NCBI GenBank assembly: GCA_030141605.1
Contig: JAQGDQ010000002.1
Span: 2,170,001 to 2,234,000 of the forward strand
DNA: 64,000 nucleotides
Origin: Tubiluchus corallicola
Lineage: Eukaryota; Animalia; Priapulida
Direction: 5' to 3'
Part shown: positions 11,701-25,232 of the stretch, in pieces
How positions within the stretch are numbered: position 1 is the first letter of the stretch
Layout: every line of letters begins with the position of its first letter
The notes under the pieces: model-generated
Told to the model about the DNA's origin: nothing
Seen by the model: the letters and a program-made list of their open reading frames with translations, nothing else
Database searches by the model: none
Position numbers and translations under genes: made by a program

Positions 11701-14700
11701 GACCCCTATTCTGGGTCATACAACACATCCCACTCTGCTAGTCATCAGGGTACTACAGTATTACTTGCCACATACAGTTGCACACAACCACAAAGTATTA
11801 ACAGATTTTGAAATACTGTTTTGCTGCCAATAGCAATTTCCTACAGTCAAGGTATACATAGTTTTGGTATAGTGACTAGTATGGTGCCAGTGCCAATGGA
11901 AATTGCTAATATCTAATGTTATCAAATATTTTGATGTAGCACACATAACAAGAATTTCACGTAGTGTAACATCTGGCACACTTAATTTGAGAAGAAAATG
12001 TACTTTTCTCAGAACACTCAGTTTGCCAACATGTGCAGTCAATAAAGGGACGCTTTCTGTGTAAAAGTAAGATTTATCAGAAAGTATACCTCATTTAAAC
12101 TAGAATAGCAATAATAACCTATGAGAGTACTTGCCAATACTGGGGATGCACCGGATCTAGTTTTGCCGGTTTCGAATTGGATCCGGTTCTGGATCTACAA
12201 ATTAATGTAAACAATATTTCATTTGCTTAGCCTTTTGTTCACAAGTAATTTTAAGTGAAAACACTGCAAAAGTTTCTTTAAAGTTGGTGTAAGGCAAATC
12301 TGAACACTTGATCCGCACTTCAGTTTTTTTTATTACGTATACCGTATATAGAATAATCTCTATTTGTTGGGTTTAAAACTACCAAACTATGCTTTTACTG
12401 GAATTAGATGGCTCTGAATTTTTAGCAGACACTTTGCAGCTAAATTTCGTAAACTATCGAAAATTTCTGAAGATTTTAATATAAATCCTTTAAATTCTTT
12501 TAAAAAATAAGACTAATCAGGTAATTAACAGGGCAAAATCTGACGAACATTTCCATTACAGGGTCTTGGAACCATGAACCCGGATCCGGCACATCCCTAG
12601 ACAAAACATTTTTAAAATTAGCCTAATAAACAAATAAAATGTTCACTTACCATTATTTCTAGCAATAATTTCCTGTACTTCTGGAATTTCAACATCACAA
12701 ACTTGGTAAAACATAATCCGATATGGCGGTAGAACGTCGGGCTTAAACTTGTATTGTGCCATCTAGATTACAACAGCAATACATTGCAAATGCATAAATC
12801 GGATTTCTGTTGATCAAAATAATATAAACACTGATGTGCAACAGACCTTATATTATATTTTACGATTATTTATCTGTATTAACAGTAGAAGCTGCTTTCT
12901 TCCAAGAGCACATGAATCAAATAAAGTAAGTTTCAGTACTGAATGGAATGAAAACATTATCAAATAAAATAATTAATCTGGTCATGACATGGCATCTAAC
13001 CGGATTAGTAATTTGCAACTTTGAACATATATCCTGTTTTCAGAACATTTAGTTTTACCAAAATTTATACTCCACACAGGGATGCTTTTTGTGTAAAAAT
13101 TAAGTTCAGCAAACAGCATACATTAATTAAACTATGAAAGTTTCTGTGACTTGTCCTAAATACTTGGTCCAATAAGTAAATTTTCTGAGCTTTATTTGCA
13201 AGGTTTGACTGCACAGTGATTTACAGATGATGTCACATTGTGAAAAATTTTTGTGTTGCATCGATTAACTTTGAATAAGGATTTTAGCACAAAGATATGA
13301 AATCTTGATTAACATAAGAAAAAGAAACCCTGCTTACCTTCTTTTGTTGATCTTCCTGTGTGTCTGCTTTGTCTGTGACTACTCGTGTTTTTTCACCAAG
13401 CGCAATGTCATCCACATTCAGTCGGGCTGTTGGGGGTGCTGCTTTGCTAAGTGTTCTAGGTTTAATGTAATTGTATATACCCCTTTTACTGCCGATGGGT
13501 AAATCATCTATAGCAGAAGCTATAAGTAAAAAAAATTTTACTTCACAAGCAGTAGGTATTGTTAATGTGAGAGAAATAGCTGACTGGTTGCAGTATGTGT
13601 TCAGCATCCAAAGTTAACCTCGTCAGTAAGTCACCACCAAAAAGATTGCTTCTGTGCAGTCAGTTTCATCTGCCCCAGGTTAAGACACTTCTCCTAATTT
13701 AGCATCTTGTCTTAGAACCTTGAAATCTTCGAGGCTCTAGTCCAATCAAAACCGCTTACATTAAGTAGGTCCTGAAACTGAGCGCTGGAACACACCTTGC
13801 AGAGAGCCAAACTGTACAAAAACATTATGCACTTTTTACAGTTATGCATTTTACTTCAGACTCTTCTGCTTAATGTAAGCAGTAATAGTGACTTGGCATC
13901 TTTTTCATATGAATATATTCTTGTAAGATCAATGAAGAAGAGTGTTGTCCACATAGGAAAACTCATTGCAAACTGTTCACTTTTTGCAGTTGGAAGTAAA
14001 AGTACTTGTCTGTACTATTCACTTTTGTTGCATGTCTTGTTCTTTGCCTTGTCAAGTTGTCAATCCAAACAATATCTTCTACAAAGATGCTTTCATTTTA
14101 TAGTATTCCACAATAAACATCTTACATTATTGCCTCTACTTATCAACATTATTACCTTGTCTCACCCGGAAATCAAGTACTTGGTATTTCTTCGCAGCTA
14201 CGTCTTTACGAGGATCATAGCCAAACTTGACCCACATCGATCTCCATGGACCAGTGAGGAAATAATATGCATGCCTAGGCAGCAAGACTTTCAGGTGATT
14301 TATGTCAAAATCTGCTACTGCTTTAAGTCCATTCTTAGTCCAACATGGCCGTTGTTCAAATAACTTAAAAATAAAAAATAAGGATCAATTAAGCTTGCCA
14401 ATAAGCTATGGAACATCTAAAAATTCCCATCTATGCAAGAAGGTAGAGTCCTTGGCTCTCTTTTGGAACCTTAAAACTAGCAAACTAGGGGCAGAATGAA
14501 ATAGAACAATGACCAGGGTGACTTTCAGGTGTGGCGGGTTGGGGTAGTGCTTTTTGGAGTGCCCCACATATAAGAGCCTGCATTTTAGAAACTTTGCCGT
14601 TCTTTCTACTAATGAAAGAACAAGAATTTCCGTTATAAAATGTACTAGATTCAACTTATTATGAAAATACCGAATATTTGGATCACAGAATTTTTTTCTC

Positions 14701-17700
14701 GAATATCAGTACAAAAATCCAGTCCGGCAAACTTCAGTTGTAATTACTAAAGGTTTGGTGAACTTTTGGTATACTAAAGTTACTTTAATACTAATTGTCA
14801 CATTCAGTTAAAATTATATTTAGCAAATCGAATATTTTCCCATAATACTTATAAAAATTAATTTAAAGAGCTGGTAATAAACAGCGAACACAGCACAACA
14901 GCCGACATTTTGCTTTATGTTAGTGGATGATAACTCAAAAAATGCGATGCATTTTGGTACACAAGTCATGTCATTGCAAAATAGCATGAAGATGCTGTAC
15001 TCGCTCGTACACAACGAAATAAGTCAATGAGAGTTCGAGCTAGTAAATAATTATACTATTGAAGTTTTGCTTAAATACTGCTTTTACTGATCATACAAAG
15101 TAGTTTGAACAATTTTGGTAAAAAATTCGGCTCGGCTTCAGTCGGGTATTCCAGTTTAACTAGACACTTTATTCGGAATTCAGTTATTCAGCAAGGCCAA
15201 TCATTTGGTTAAGTTTCGGTTAAGTGGTACCCAAGCATAAAAAAATTGGCTTCGGTTCAGTTGATGAAGATGTGCCTTTGGTGCACCCCTAAACTATTCA
15301 AACAGCTATATACTGTATATTAAGTAAAAATGGTATTGTACACATTTTTCTACCTTTAGTGACCTCACATCAGCTGCATAAACCCCTGCTAGGTATTATC
15401 CTACAAAAACTTAATTTTGATATTTTTTTGCCACCTGTGAGATGAGCTACACTGAATAAGTACTTAATTATCACTTACCAACGCAAGTTTTTTATCTGAT
15501 AAAGGTGGACAAATCTTTTCAATAGATCTGTTAACTGCTGCATCGGCAGGTTTTAGAGGAATGTCATCACCGAAATTCACAAATATAGCATATGCAGATC
15601 TTCTACGCCGTGCTGAAAATAGAAAATTCTTCGAGTCATATAAATATTTGTATGCATGTGCTAGCAGATGTATGTAACTAAAATTCTTATTCACTACAAA
15701 CAACACATTCTCTAAAAATATAGAGATTATCAAGTAACTAAGCACATAATGTGGTACCAACCAGTGCAAATGAGTTCACTTGAAGGTTCATTAGCTTTAT
15801 CATCTACTGTGAATTGCTCGGCATCTTTTAGCGCTTTTCTTCCAGCTGGCTTTTTCTCTTTTATAATAGTTACATTTCTACAAGACAAAAAATTACAACT
15901 TCCACATGTTGGATTGCTAAAGGAAAGGACTCCACTTATACGAATACTATGGGAAGAGCACTATATAAGCTAATGATATGTAGAATGATCATGTTTAATT
16001 TTGTCTAATACAGCAAAATGTAGCTGTACAAAATAGCCAGTCAGAATCTACAGTGACATTGTACTTAAACCAAATAATTTTGAGCAATAAGCCTGTAACA
16101 GCTTTAATTTGTTAACTTTCACCATACAAGTTCTAGATGCATATAGGTTTAGGTTTTCTTTTGTTCTGTCACACATATTCTGAAAACTTACATTTACATG
16201 AAAATGGAAACTATTTCATACTTACTTAAAGTTGTAATCACAGGGAATGTCAAATCTGCTAAAGATGAATGGAGGTAAAAAGAGGGGAACTGACAAATTA
16301 AACCATGAGCTCCTTTCGAGTTTCCGTGGAACTATTTTGTCAATGAGTGACTCGTATCCATTTTTTTCAGTCTTTTGCATAGGAAGATACTGAAAACCCA
16401 CCATTGCTACAAAATGAAAATAACAGTAAAAATGGCATATAAAGCATAAACTCTTGTCTGGAGTTTTTGCTTCTTTTATAAAATATTGGTTGTGCCATTT
16501 AAAGCCTGTTCAACTTGTATGTATAAGGAGTGCGCAATGAGAACATTTTTTAATCATAAGCCCTTCAAAAACCTTTGGTGCAATTCTTTTCTTAATAATT
16601 CCTCATACAAGATTCTAGTTACATCTTTTGGTAGTTAGATTAGTTGTCCATTCCTGATTTCCTTGGCAACTGACTCAGTGATGCTTTTCATCTGATGCAA
16701 TTTACGTTCAAGAAAGTGCAGTTGTTTCAAATCCAGTGAGTTAATTTTAAGGCAGTCAAAATATCTCTATTATAAAGGACTATTATAGAGGACTACTACA
16801 AAGAGTTTGAGAAGCAGCTAATCATGTTGTACAAACTCCTAGTAACTCTGCATAATACACTGTAAACTACTTCTTTCACCATTGACGCATAATGTGACTT
16901 TCAGCAAACAATTTACTTTGCATTTTCTAACTAGCAACCACTTAAATGCAGTGAATCACCAGCTCAAAAGTTCTAGAAACAGTAACCTACAATATAAGTT
17001 CAGTCTATTATCATTTAGCTACTTTAATACATGCTTTTGAAAAAGTTGGCTCTGAATATCAATCGATTAGGCCGATGACAAAAAACTCGGTCGTTAATAC
17101 GATGATTTGGTGGAAAATACAATACTATTTAAACTCCAATACGATAATCAGCATTACACAAAACGGCTACCCTGGCCGAGAATTAGCAGTAGAAAAACAT
17201 GGCTGCGTCCTCATCAAAATAATGATGTTTTGACTTTTATATGATTGCCTCAGGTAAATATAAGAATGTAAAAAAATTATAAAATTCCTGGCTGGTTGTG
17301 GAAAAATAAATTACCCGTGCGATTAGATGAAAACAGAAGTATTTTTATTGTCAGCTCTACCAATTAAAATAACCATTGCCATAACCATTCAAAATTATGA
17401 AAAATTCTTAGCAGTATTATAATTCATGCCTCATACAGCACACTAAACTAAGTTTTAAACTAAAGTAGATGATCCAGTCATACACTGAAATCTGTATGTT
17501 GTGGCAACAACTCCTAGTATTTCTGCATGTAAGGTGTATGCCGGTACTGTTGAATCATCCAATGTTTGTTTGCGTTTCCGTTTTTTCACTACCCGCATCA
17601 GCAGATTTGTAGTTGAAAACCTAAAATTTCAGACAACAGTATCTGCAGTAAATGCTTAAAAACACGTTTTTATATTGCTCAGATTGGCTAATAAGCAGTC

Positions 17701-20700
17701 CGTAAAGATACATGACGGATACACATGACATAATAACAGTTATGTCAGAAAAATTTCTAATGACTAGTAAGTGTAATAAAATTCCTAGCAACCACGCCCA
17801 CACCTCAAAAGAAAGTAACATAATTCAAATCCTGAGCTATATTTAGTAATATATAACCCACCGTGTTTACTGTTAATTTTCCAGAGCAGTTTTAACTGTT
17901 ACCAAAATCATTTATTACGACACGGCTTTCTGACAATGCAAGAAGCTAGTTTAACATGCTTTTGCTCTATTAATTTCACAAGGCACAAAAGTGTGCAGGT
18001 CCCATTTTAGTACCTGCCACACTAAGAAAAGCAAATGCACCATTAAAATTGACTGAATTGTTGGTTTTCTTACAAACTTTATGTAAACTTGTAAACTTCT
18101 ACATTCTATACACATGGTTAGTTACCTATCACCATGGACAGGTTGACAAAATGGATCAGATGGACGAAAATGCAGCTTCAGTCTTTTGGTAGGCTCAGCA
18201 TAACACTAGAAAAAAGTCAGCAGAATCACTTGTTAATTAATCTTGCAGGCTTTAGCTAAAATAGTTTCTAAAAAAGTTTGCTATGTGAGCAATATTTATC
18301 ATTAATTATTATTATATATTCACATGTAAATTTTTGCTAAGTTCTCGTTGGACAAAACATTTTCAAGTAAGAAAAATAAAGACGATATCAGAGAAAAAAT
18401 TAGACCCTCTGTGGTAATGAAAGATCAACTGTTATGGGCTGCCACAGAATCACGGTGTATCACTACATGTCATAGAAGTCTTTCAGTGGGCACAAGTTGC
18501 ATCGTAAGATTTCTCAGTATTAGCATACTAGTTTGCCAAAAATGTAGTCCTAATTACCAATCAAGGGATTATTAATAAAAATGATGCCTGTCTTTTTGTG
18601 GCATTTACAAACTGCTCAACCAGGAAATATTTCAGCAAAATTTGAAAAATAAAAAAATAATTCAAGCATCACAGACAGATATTATTTATGCATGTTTCAC
18701 CATGAAGCTTTAAATCTTGACAACACTAGTCATTCATTAGGCATTTTTTAATTTTTATGTACTTTGGTCATCCTAGCAAGGCAAAGCATTCTTAAACTGG
18801 GGTACTTAGGGGTCTGAAAGAATGACCATAACATACAAGATGTGTTAGACTGTACACAAAGTAGCTCACATAAATCAATAAACATACGATCAGTATCGAA
18901 CGGAAAAGTCGTGATCATTGTTTACAAACATTGTAATGCATTACTGGGCAAACTATAACTCATACATGCTTTCAATAGGAGTCCTGTAATATTAATAATA
19001 AGTAAATAATCTGGGCGCTATTGCTTGTCACTAGGGATGGGATGTTTTGCTATTCTGGAGCTCCGGAACCAGGCTCCGATTCGGATCCACCCCAGTTTTA
19101 CTACAACTGCTTCAGATCCGATTCAGGTATGGTAAAAAAATGCTAAGCAATCTCCATAATACATGTTTTTCCAGTTCAAGGAGCACATCCGCTACCAACT
19201 AGCGCTGTAAAATTTGCGTAATTTCCTTTCTTACCAGTTTAATCTCTATAAATTTTGCAATGTGCCCTTCGTCATTTTAACACTTTTAATGAGATCATTA
19301 GGTTCCGTAAAAATCATGTACTGCATAAATTATTTGACTGACGCTAAATATTTTCAACAATGGCACAAGTTATGTGCAAGGTTTCGGTTATTGCGCTTCT
19401 AAACATAAACAATTATTTAGCACGTTTTTGAGTTTATTTTTATTTTCTAAATGCTATTAATTTAGTTCCAAATAAGAATGTGCAGTCATGAAATATGCCA
19501 CAATTTAGTGAATTCTTTGTACATTACCACTCACATTTTGCATAGTGATAGCATTGTTTTCTACAAGCTGTGTGTGTGTGTGTGTGTTTAAGTGAAACAC
19601 CAAGTGAAACTGACAGTACAATGATCAATGATCCAAAGATGGAAAACCTAATTGGAGTTAAATTACTAGATTCAGATTCCTCTGGTATTGAATATGAAGA
19701 ATGAATTAAATATTCAGTTTCGTAAACTGCAAAAATGTGAGATTCGGAAATAAGCTTCAGATTCGATAGGGACTCCAAAATTTAAGCTTTGCCCTACCCC
19801 TACTTGTCAAAAACACGATTGTCGTATTTTCGGTGCAAGTGTTACATAAATATTTTACATCACACATAAAGAAGAAGAAATGTAGGGAAGATCGCCACTA
19901 CTACAATAATGAGATAATTAAAATTTGAAATTTATTATTTCATTTTATCGATAGTTTTGTGTGACACACTTTACATCACTTTGCCACCTTACATAATTAT
20001 AACTTATGCGCTTTAAATAATGGTAGCTTTCTCCAGATTGCCTTTAGTCAGTCAAGCAGCGAAGCTATAGTCTCATATTCATGGAACAGTCGTTACTGTA
20101 CATTATACATGTTTTGTTTATATATGAGACATAAATCATGATTATATCTTATAATCCGAATAAAAATGTATTTATGCCATTCCAGTTTTTGGGTAATCTA
20201 CAACTGGAATAAGATAGCACAAATCTGACGAAAGCAAGTGATCCAGACAATTGACGCCTAACATAATGTCAATCATTTTCGTTGACTGCCCAATCAGCGT
20301 GCAAGTTATTTCGCACCCCTGCAAAGCTTAATTAACGCACGTACGTTCGGGACATTTAGCTACAGCTGCCACTAATAATGTTATGAAAAATGCTCAACTT
20401 TTCATTAGATAGTGGGAGAAACATTGGCCTGGTTCTAGATTTTGTTATTGTCAATTGAAATTGCAAGTGAAGAACAAAACAAAATGTTTTCTTTTCTGGC
20501 CAGTTTTTATAAACTTCAATGAGATTTTTACACTCAAAATTAATTCAAATGTTGTCAAAACTTATATTATACATCAATGTAATATTAGTTAATTTTATGC
20601 TATTTTTCTGGTTATAATCATGGTGAAAAGATGCCATTAGGACTTATGTAACTCGGGGCATTCAATATAAGGGTCGTCTACGAAATGGAACAATCAAATT

Positions 20701-21738
20701 TATTCCACTTCCATGGCCTAACAAATGGAAAAATACAAAAACTGAATAAATCTTGCAGAAGAGCACATGATAAGTTAATCAAGAAAAATACATCACAGCC
20801 ATGATGTTCGTATGTTCAAAGGCAAGAGAGACAATACTTTTTGTAGCTCATTTATTGTAAACCAAGGCTAACTGCTTAGTTTCTTTATTATACTTATGCC
20901 ACTGTACTTTGTAGTGCTTTCAAATTTCGTCTCTACTTTCTGTTTAAATTGAAAAGACATTTTTGGCTACTTGAAGTTAATTTCGTGCAAAAATAGCTGC
21001 TGGTCTGCAAATTTGTGTTCATGAAAAAGTGCAATCAGTTCATCTGCTGAGGAGACATTAGTTGTGACTGTCATGTTGTTTAGTTTAATTTAGTTTAGCT
21101 TAGACAGTTGTTGTCCTGCGTGAGCTGTTGTCCCGAATGTTGAGAGTGCTTACGTTACAGCAGACGGAGCGATAGACCAATATGTTTGACGTCAATTGCA
21201 TGATAACTTGACAATTGGTGGGCAAACGATTCAAAGAAGTATCACAACAGACATAACCTGAGCAGACACTAAAAGATTTTCAATAACTATCAAGTCAACC
21301 ACCATAATTTTTATCACAATTACATGATTAGACAGTTAGTGATCAATAAGAGATTAACCCTCACTTATGATTTGCACAGGAAGAATACTATGAGCTTCGC
21401 CAGATGCATTACGGTATTACGAAATGCCACTACGAAATGCGTATCGCAGTGGAGTTATTATTAAATTTAGTTAGCAAATTTTCGATTTTCAAGTGTACGT
21501 AAGAATTTTTCAGAATGCCCAATAGGTACAGAGGAACAATAAGTTTGGGAACTCTGCCTGACATCTTCACGTTCATGATTACCGTTTCAAAAATTACCTT
21601 TGCAACGGATTCATTTTCGCCTAAAGTTTTTAACATCTTTTTATGATCTTCAACTACACCAGGATAATCCACAGCAACGAATGACTTTTTCTGATGAAAA
21701 GGTATACTGGAAATACTTGAAATTACCGGGGCCGCCAT
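8776..21738 (-). CDS. GTF3C5: General transcription factor IIIC subunit 5 (TFIIIC63/Tau95), 11 coding exons, ~555 aa
   Basis: Exons 5'->3': 21598-21738 (MAAP..FVAVDYPGVVEDHKKMLKTLGE), 18126-18205 (CYAEPTKRLKLHFRPSDPFCQPV), 17484-17620, 16226-16406 (FQYL..PLFLPPFIFSRFD), 15762-15877, 15479-15612 (AIFVNF), 14156-14363 (LFEQRPCW..AYYFLTGPWRSMWVKFGYDPRK..YQVLDFR), 13338-13519, 12651-12762 (LPPYRIMFYQVCD), 11336-11467 (CSERDGWC), 8776-9020 (acidic tail ending NEMETEVLDYM). All junctions are GT-AG and phase-compatible, totalling 1668 nt. The motifs match vertebrate GTF3C5 as I recall it. Confidence 0.93.
9311..11104 (+). mobile_element. Tigger/pogo-like (Tc1/mariner) internally deleted DNA transposon in the last GTF3C5 intron
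   Basis: Imperfect TIRs CAGTAAGTCCTTGCTTAACGAC and (rc) CAGTAAATCCTCGGTTGACGAC with TA on both sides. A frameshifted transposase C-terminus remains at ~9700-9790 (CYKEVLIEKRK / KQPTIDSFIKK). Confidence 0.8.
10067..11009. mobile_element. Second Tc1/mariner (pogo-like) MITE nested inside the 9311-11104 element
   Basis: 25-bp TIRs CAGTAGGTGCCGCTTAATAGACTCA and (rc) CGGTAGCCGCCGCTTAATAGACTCA, TA target duplication, and subterminal GGTTAATAG repeats. Confidence 0.85.
11404..11611. repeat. 104-bp near-perfect tandem duplication spanning the GTF3C5 exon 10 splice acceptor
   Basis: The unit ctgcacttatcagcaaaatatggctc...attttaaaattctgcat occurs at 11404 and 11508. One substitution is visible (gaacat vs gtacat). 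Confidence 0.95.
12141..12599. mobile_element. hAT-type MITE
   Basis: Ends TGGGGATGCACCGGATC and (rc) TAGGGATGTGCCGGATC, subterminal CCGGATC repeats, and a degenerate 8-bp TSD GCCAATAC/GACAAAAC (6/8). Confidence 0.7.
14660..15291. mobile_element. Probable hAT MITE remnant (right end only)
   Basis: Ends GGTGCACCCCTA (rc TAGGGGTGCACC), preceded by many TTCGG subterminal motifs. The left TIR and TSD were not found, so the start is approximate. Confidence 0.4.
19032..19802. mobile_element. hAT-type MITE
   Basis: Ends TAGGGATGGG and (rc) TAGGGGTAGGG, subterminal (T)CCGATTC/GATTCGG repeats, and an 8-bp TSD CTTGTCAC/CTTGTCAA (7/8). Confidence 0.75.
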
Positions 21739-22429
21739 GCTTCTTTCCGATTTAGCCAGAAACTGGCAGAAAGTCAAATGATTCCAATTAGATCAGATCA
21801 ATTCAACTTAATTTTATTTGCTCGCACACCCACTTTAGAAGGCGCGAATACACTAATCCCTGGTTACCGGTGAGCAGCAGTGAGCATCAAACGTTCGAGT
21901 TCGAACATTCGAATCGAATTAGACTCAGTCGAGTTTTTTCAATTCGAATCTAATCAATTATTCACCATTTCACTTCTACATAGTAGTAGTGGTCGTAGTT
22001 GTTGTAGTATAATCTTAATTTAAAAAATATTGACCATCATAATAAAAAAGACAGACAATCAGTGTCAGTTCATACAAAAGCATATACTGTTCTGCGCAAA
22101 TGCGTCTGGTGCAAGCTAAACTATAAATGCAAACTAGAAATTCAAAAATAAAACATAAACTACAAACACACAAAGCATTATGATATGATAAAATTACACA
22201 CATTGTTTTTCTCTTTTCTAATACACACACTTTCATGCCCGCACGCGCCCATCCATCCTTCCACGCGCACACATGTGCAAGTGCGTGCGCACACAAACAC
22301 ACACACATATACACACCCTCTTACAGACACACACATACACACCATATTATAGTCTAGGATAAATGAAATCATGTTTGAGTGAATATCATCATGTTCGTGT
22401 GTCGGATATTCAAAACGGGTCATTAAATG

Positions 22430-22830
22430 TTGTTTTAATTTACACATGAATAATGATAAAGAGCTGCTGTGTATTAGTGATGTCGATAATGAATTCCAAA
22501 GTTGTACTGCATGCTTAGTAATGGAATTCTTTCCATATTAATTGTTCGTTCTAATGTTTCTTAAATTTAGTGTTCTGTTATTCATACTGGGGTTTTGAAG
22601 AAGATAGAGCTTATTGTTTTTGAAAGGAGAATTAAAATAATGCTGATATATTTATTGAGAAACAGGAGAGTTTGATAATCTCTGTGGGCTGCCAATATGG
22701 GGATTTTCATGGAGTTTCTTAAAGAGTGGCAGAATATTTATTTGTATTGTGAGATTCAAAGAATGACCATTAACTAATCGTAAAGCATAGTTTTGAAGCA
22801 CATTTAATTTGATTCTCTTTTCACTTTTTG
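22430..22830 (-). mobile_element. Decayed non-LTR retrotransposon (LINE) ORF2 3' fragment
   Basis: The minus strand encodes VLQNYALRLV (~22775-22803) and YGKNSITKHAVQLWNSL (~22487-22538), typical post-RT LINE motifs, with stops between them. Confidence 0.6.
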
Positions 22831-23149
22831 GAACAGTATGCAGGCATTGGGGGGGGGGGGGGGGGTGTTACATTAATAGTTACTGCTTTTTTGTCAATTG
22901 TCATAGGTTAATGTACATTATCAGTATTTACTTCAATATCAAGAACTTATTGCATTATCAATAATTGTAACATGAGTGTAAAGAAGATAAAGCTTGTATA
23001 ATTTTCTCGCTTTCATAATGATTCATTGCTAACTATAAATGTGGGCGTGTGATACCACTGCGTTTTTCAACTTTCCGACCAGTCTTTGTTCTGCTGCTGG
23101 CCTTGACTTGTGTTTCATCTTAGATGTTCCATCATCAAAATCCGTTGCA

Positions 23150-24680
23150 AGATCTGAGTAGGCAGACTATGCTAGAATTTTCTTTCGTTGTATATCGGCT
23201 TCAATGTGTATAACACGCTTCCAAGACATTTACATTTTTCCACAAACTCGTCTCCTCCTCCCTGAATGTGATCTTGTTGAGTCTTCATTTTATTGGCTTT
23301 AAGATTATATTTTTCTTAACGGCGGCTAATTGTGTATTTTATGTCTTACAGTTCCTATCATCTGCATATTGCACGGAAATTAAAGATGAAAGCCTTCCAA
23401 ATGTAGCATAATTACCTAGCGTATCTGGCCTGAAGTTTTCTGGATTAAGATCTGTGTACATATGGTGCTTCATTTCTTCACAAAATATGTAGTTATCGTC
23501 TGTCATAGCTACAGCAAGATAAAAAGTGAAAAAAAACTTGGTTCAAACATTCCCCTAAAGGTACATTGACGTCACAACAGAATGGCGTAGTCATCGTTCC
23601 TTGGTATTGGACTTGGACAATGGGATTTTGCAAAAAAAGACTGATGATTATAAGACGTCCTTTTAACTGTTTTAAAAGCTTTTGACATATCAAAAAGAAA
23701 TGAGTGAATAGAATAGTTTATGGATGAAATGACTTTTCTGCTAACAATGAATTTACATGTATACAAGTTCAGAAGTATTACGACAATACGGTAAACTGCT
23801 TGAATTTTAGGAATGCGTGAGTGTAATTTGTGGAAAATTCTAATTGTTTAACCAAAGGTGATTTTTCTTATTAAAGTCAATAGTATCGGAGATCGTAGAT
23901 TTTTAAAAATACCTAGGTTTTCCAGGTTTATGATGCCTTTCATAATATGATCGGGAAAAATTCCAATTTCTGCTACCCCTTTAAAATGCCGTTGATGGTG
24001 TCTTAAAGAAAATATGTTTCACATTTTACCAGCTTAGCATTGAGTCATCTATCTCAGGACATTTGTTAATTTTTTGGTGACTTTTCTGCTACATGTATTT
24101 GTATTTCATTTCCTGTAAGCGTATTACGTATCACCCTGCATTCAGTTTGTATTAAAGGCCAATGATTGTTGTCACAGAAAGTTTTCTTGAACCATTCAAA
24201 AATATCTCAACCGCTTATGATGGGTCGTTCACTATCCACTCTTCTGTTTTTATGTTCAGCTTTCTATTAGTTTTTAAATTCTGCAGAAAACAGATGGCTC
24301 TGGGACATGTAGATGAAACATTATTGGAGCTCTCTATTTCCTCTGCAAGTGAACACACTTTAGCTTCATCTATTGATTTTTACGACTGTTTTTGTTGAAT
24401 TTTGTTTGTTAGTAATTTTTGTTGCTTTTGTCAACAAAATTTTTGTTTGCTTTTGTAGAGTTTCAGTTTTTCATCTAAACTGGTGTTTTTATAACCAATC
24501 TTTTCTTCAGTTGCTTTCTTGATGCCTGTCTTCACATCTACCCATTCAGGGCCTGAAGCGGTGGTTCATATATTTTTTTTGGTAAGCGTTTCATCAATTT
24601 TCAGTTGATATTCTTTCTTTGTATTGTTGTCTTTCAGTTTATCCAAATGTTTTTTTTTTTACTTTTCACTATTGTTATTA
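23150..24680 (-). mobile_element. Decayed LINE reverse transcriptase pseudo-ORF
   Basis: Ordered, frameshifted RT motifs on the minus strand: FDMSKAFKTV (~23670-23697), NVPLGECLNQVFF (equivalent to GVPQGDCLSPVLF), VQYADD (~23358-23375), KCLGS and DIQRKKILA. Boundaries are approximate. Confidence 0.75.
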
Positions 24681-25232
24681 TTCCACTAATCGCAGATTAG
24701 TTATTAGGTAAGCCCAACATTTCCGGCGTCTATTTGTTCTTTTATGAATTAATAATACACGTATACATGGAACTTGTTCAATCTCCACAGTGCCAGTTGT
24801 GAAATTTATAATTGCACGTCTGCGCGCCCGATTTTGGTACACCAGTAACATCAGCAAAATTGCTACAACTTTGCATAACTTTTAATTGCGCAACTGAAAA
24901 TTGCTTGTCTGTGCGGGCGTATCCTTATTTGTTGTCAAATCGTAAAAAGTTGTCATCGTTTTCTATAAAGATTTTATGTTGAATGCGCCCGAATTTGTCC
25001 AAACCGTTTTCTGTAATTATGCTGGCGTTTGAACAGCTCAGCTAAATTCAATGGTAAATCGTCTCAGGATATATTGTTCACAAAAACACCCTAAAGCTAA
25101 CTGAGATGCATGCGAGATTTTGATGAAACTCGGAACTTTAACGCGAAACTTTACGTTTGGAATTATTTATTACAACAAAATGAATTAAATATTTCCAACA
25201 AATTCCTAGTGATTTAATGCTACGAGTCATTG

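Noticed and set aside
13797-14363. 188-aa plus-strand ORF
   Set aside because: Non-ATG start and no motifs; it is the antisense shadow of GTF3C5 exon 7 and its intron.
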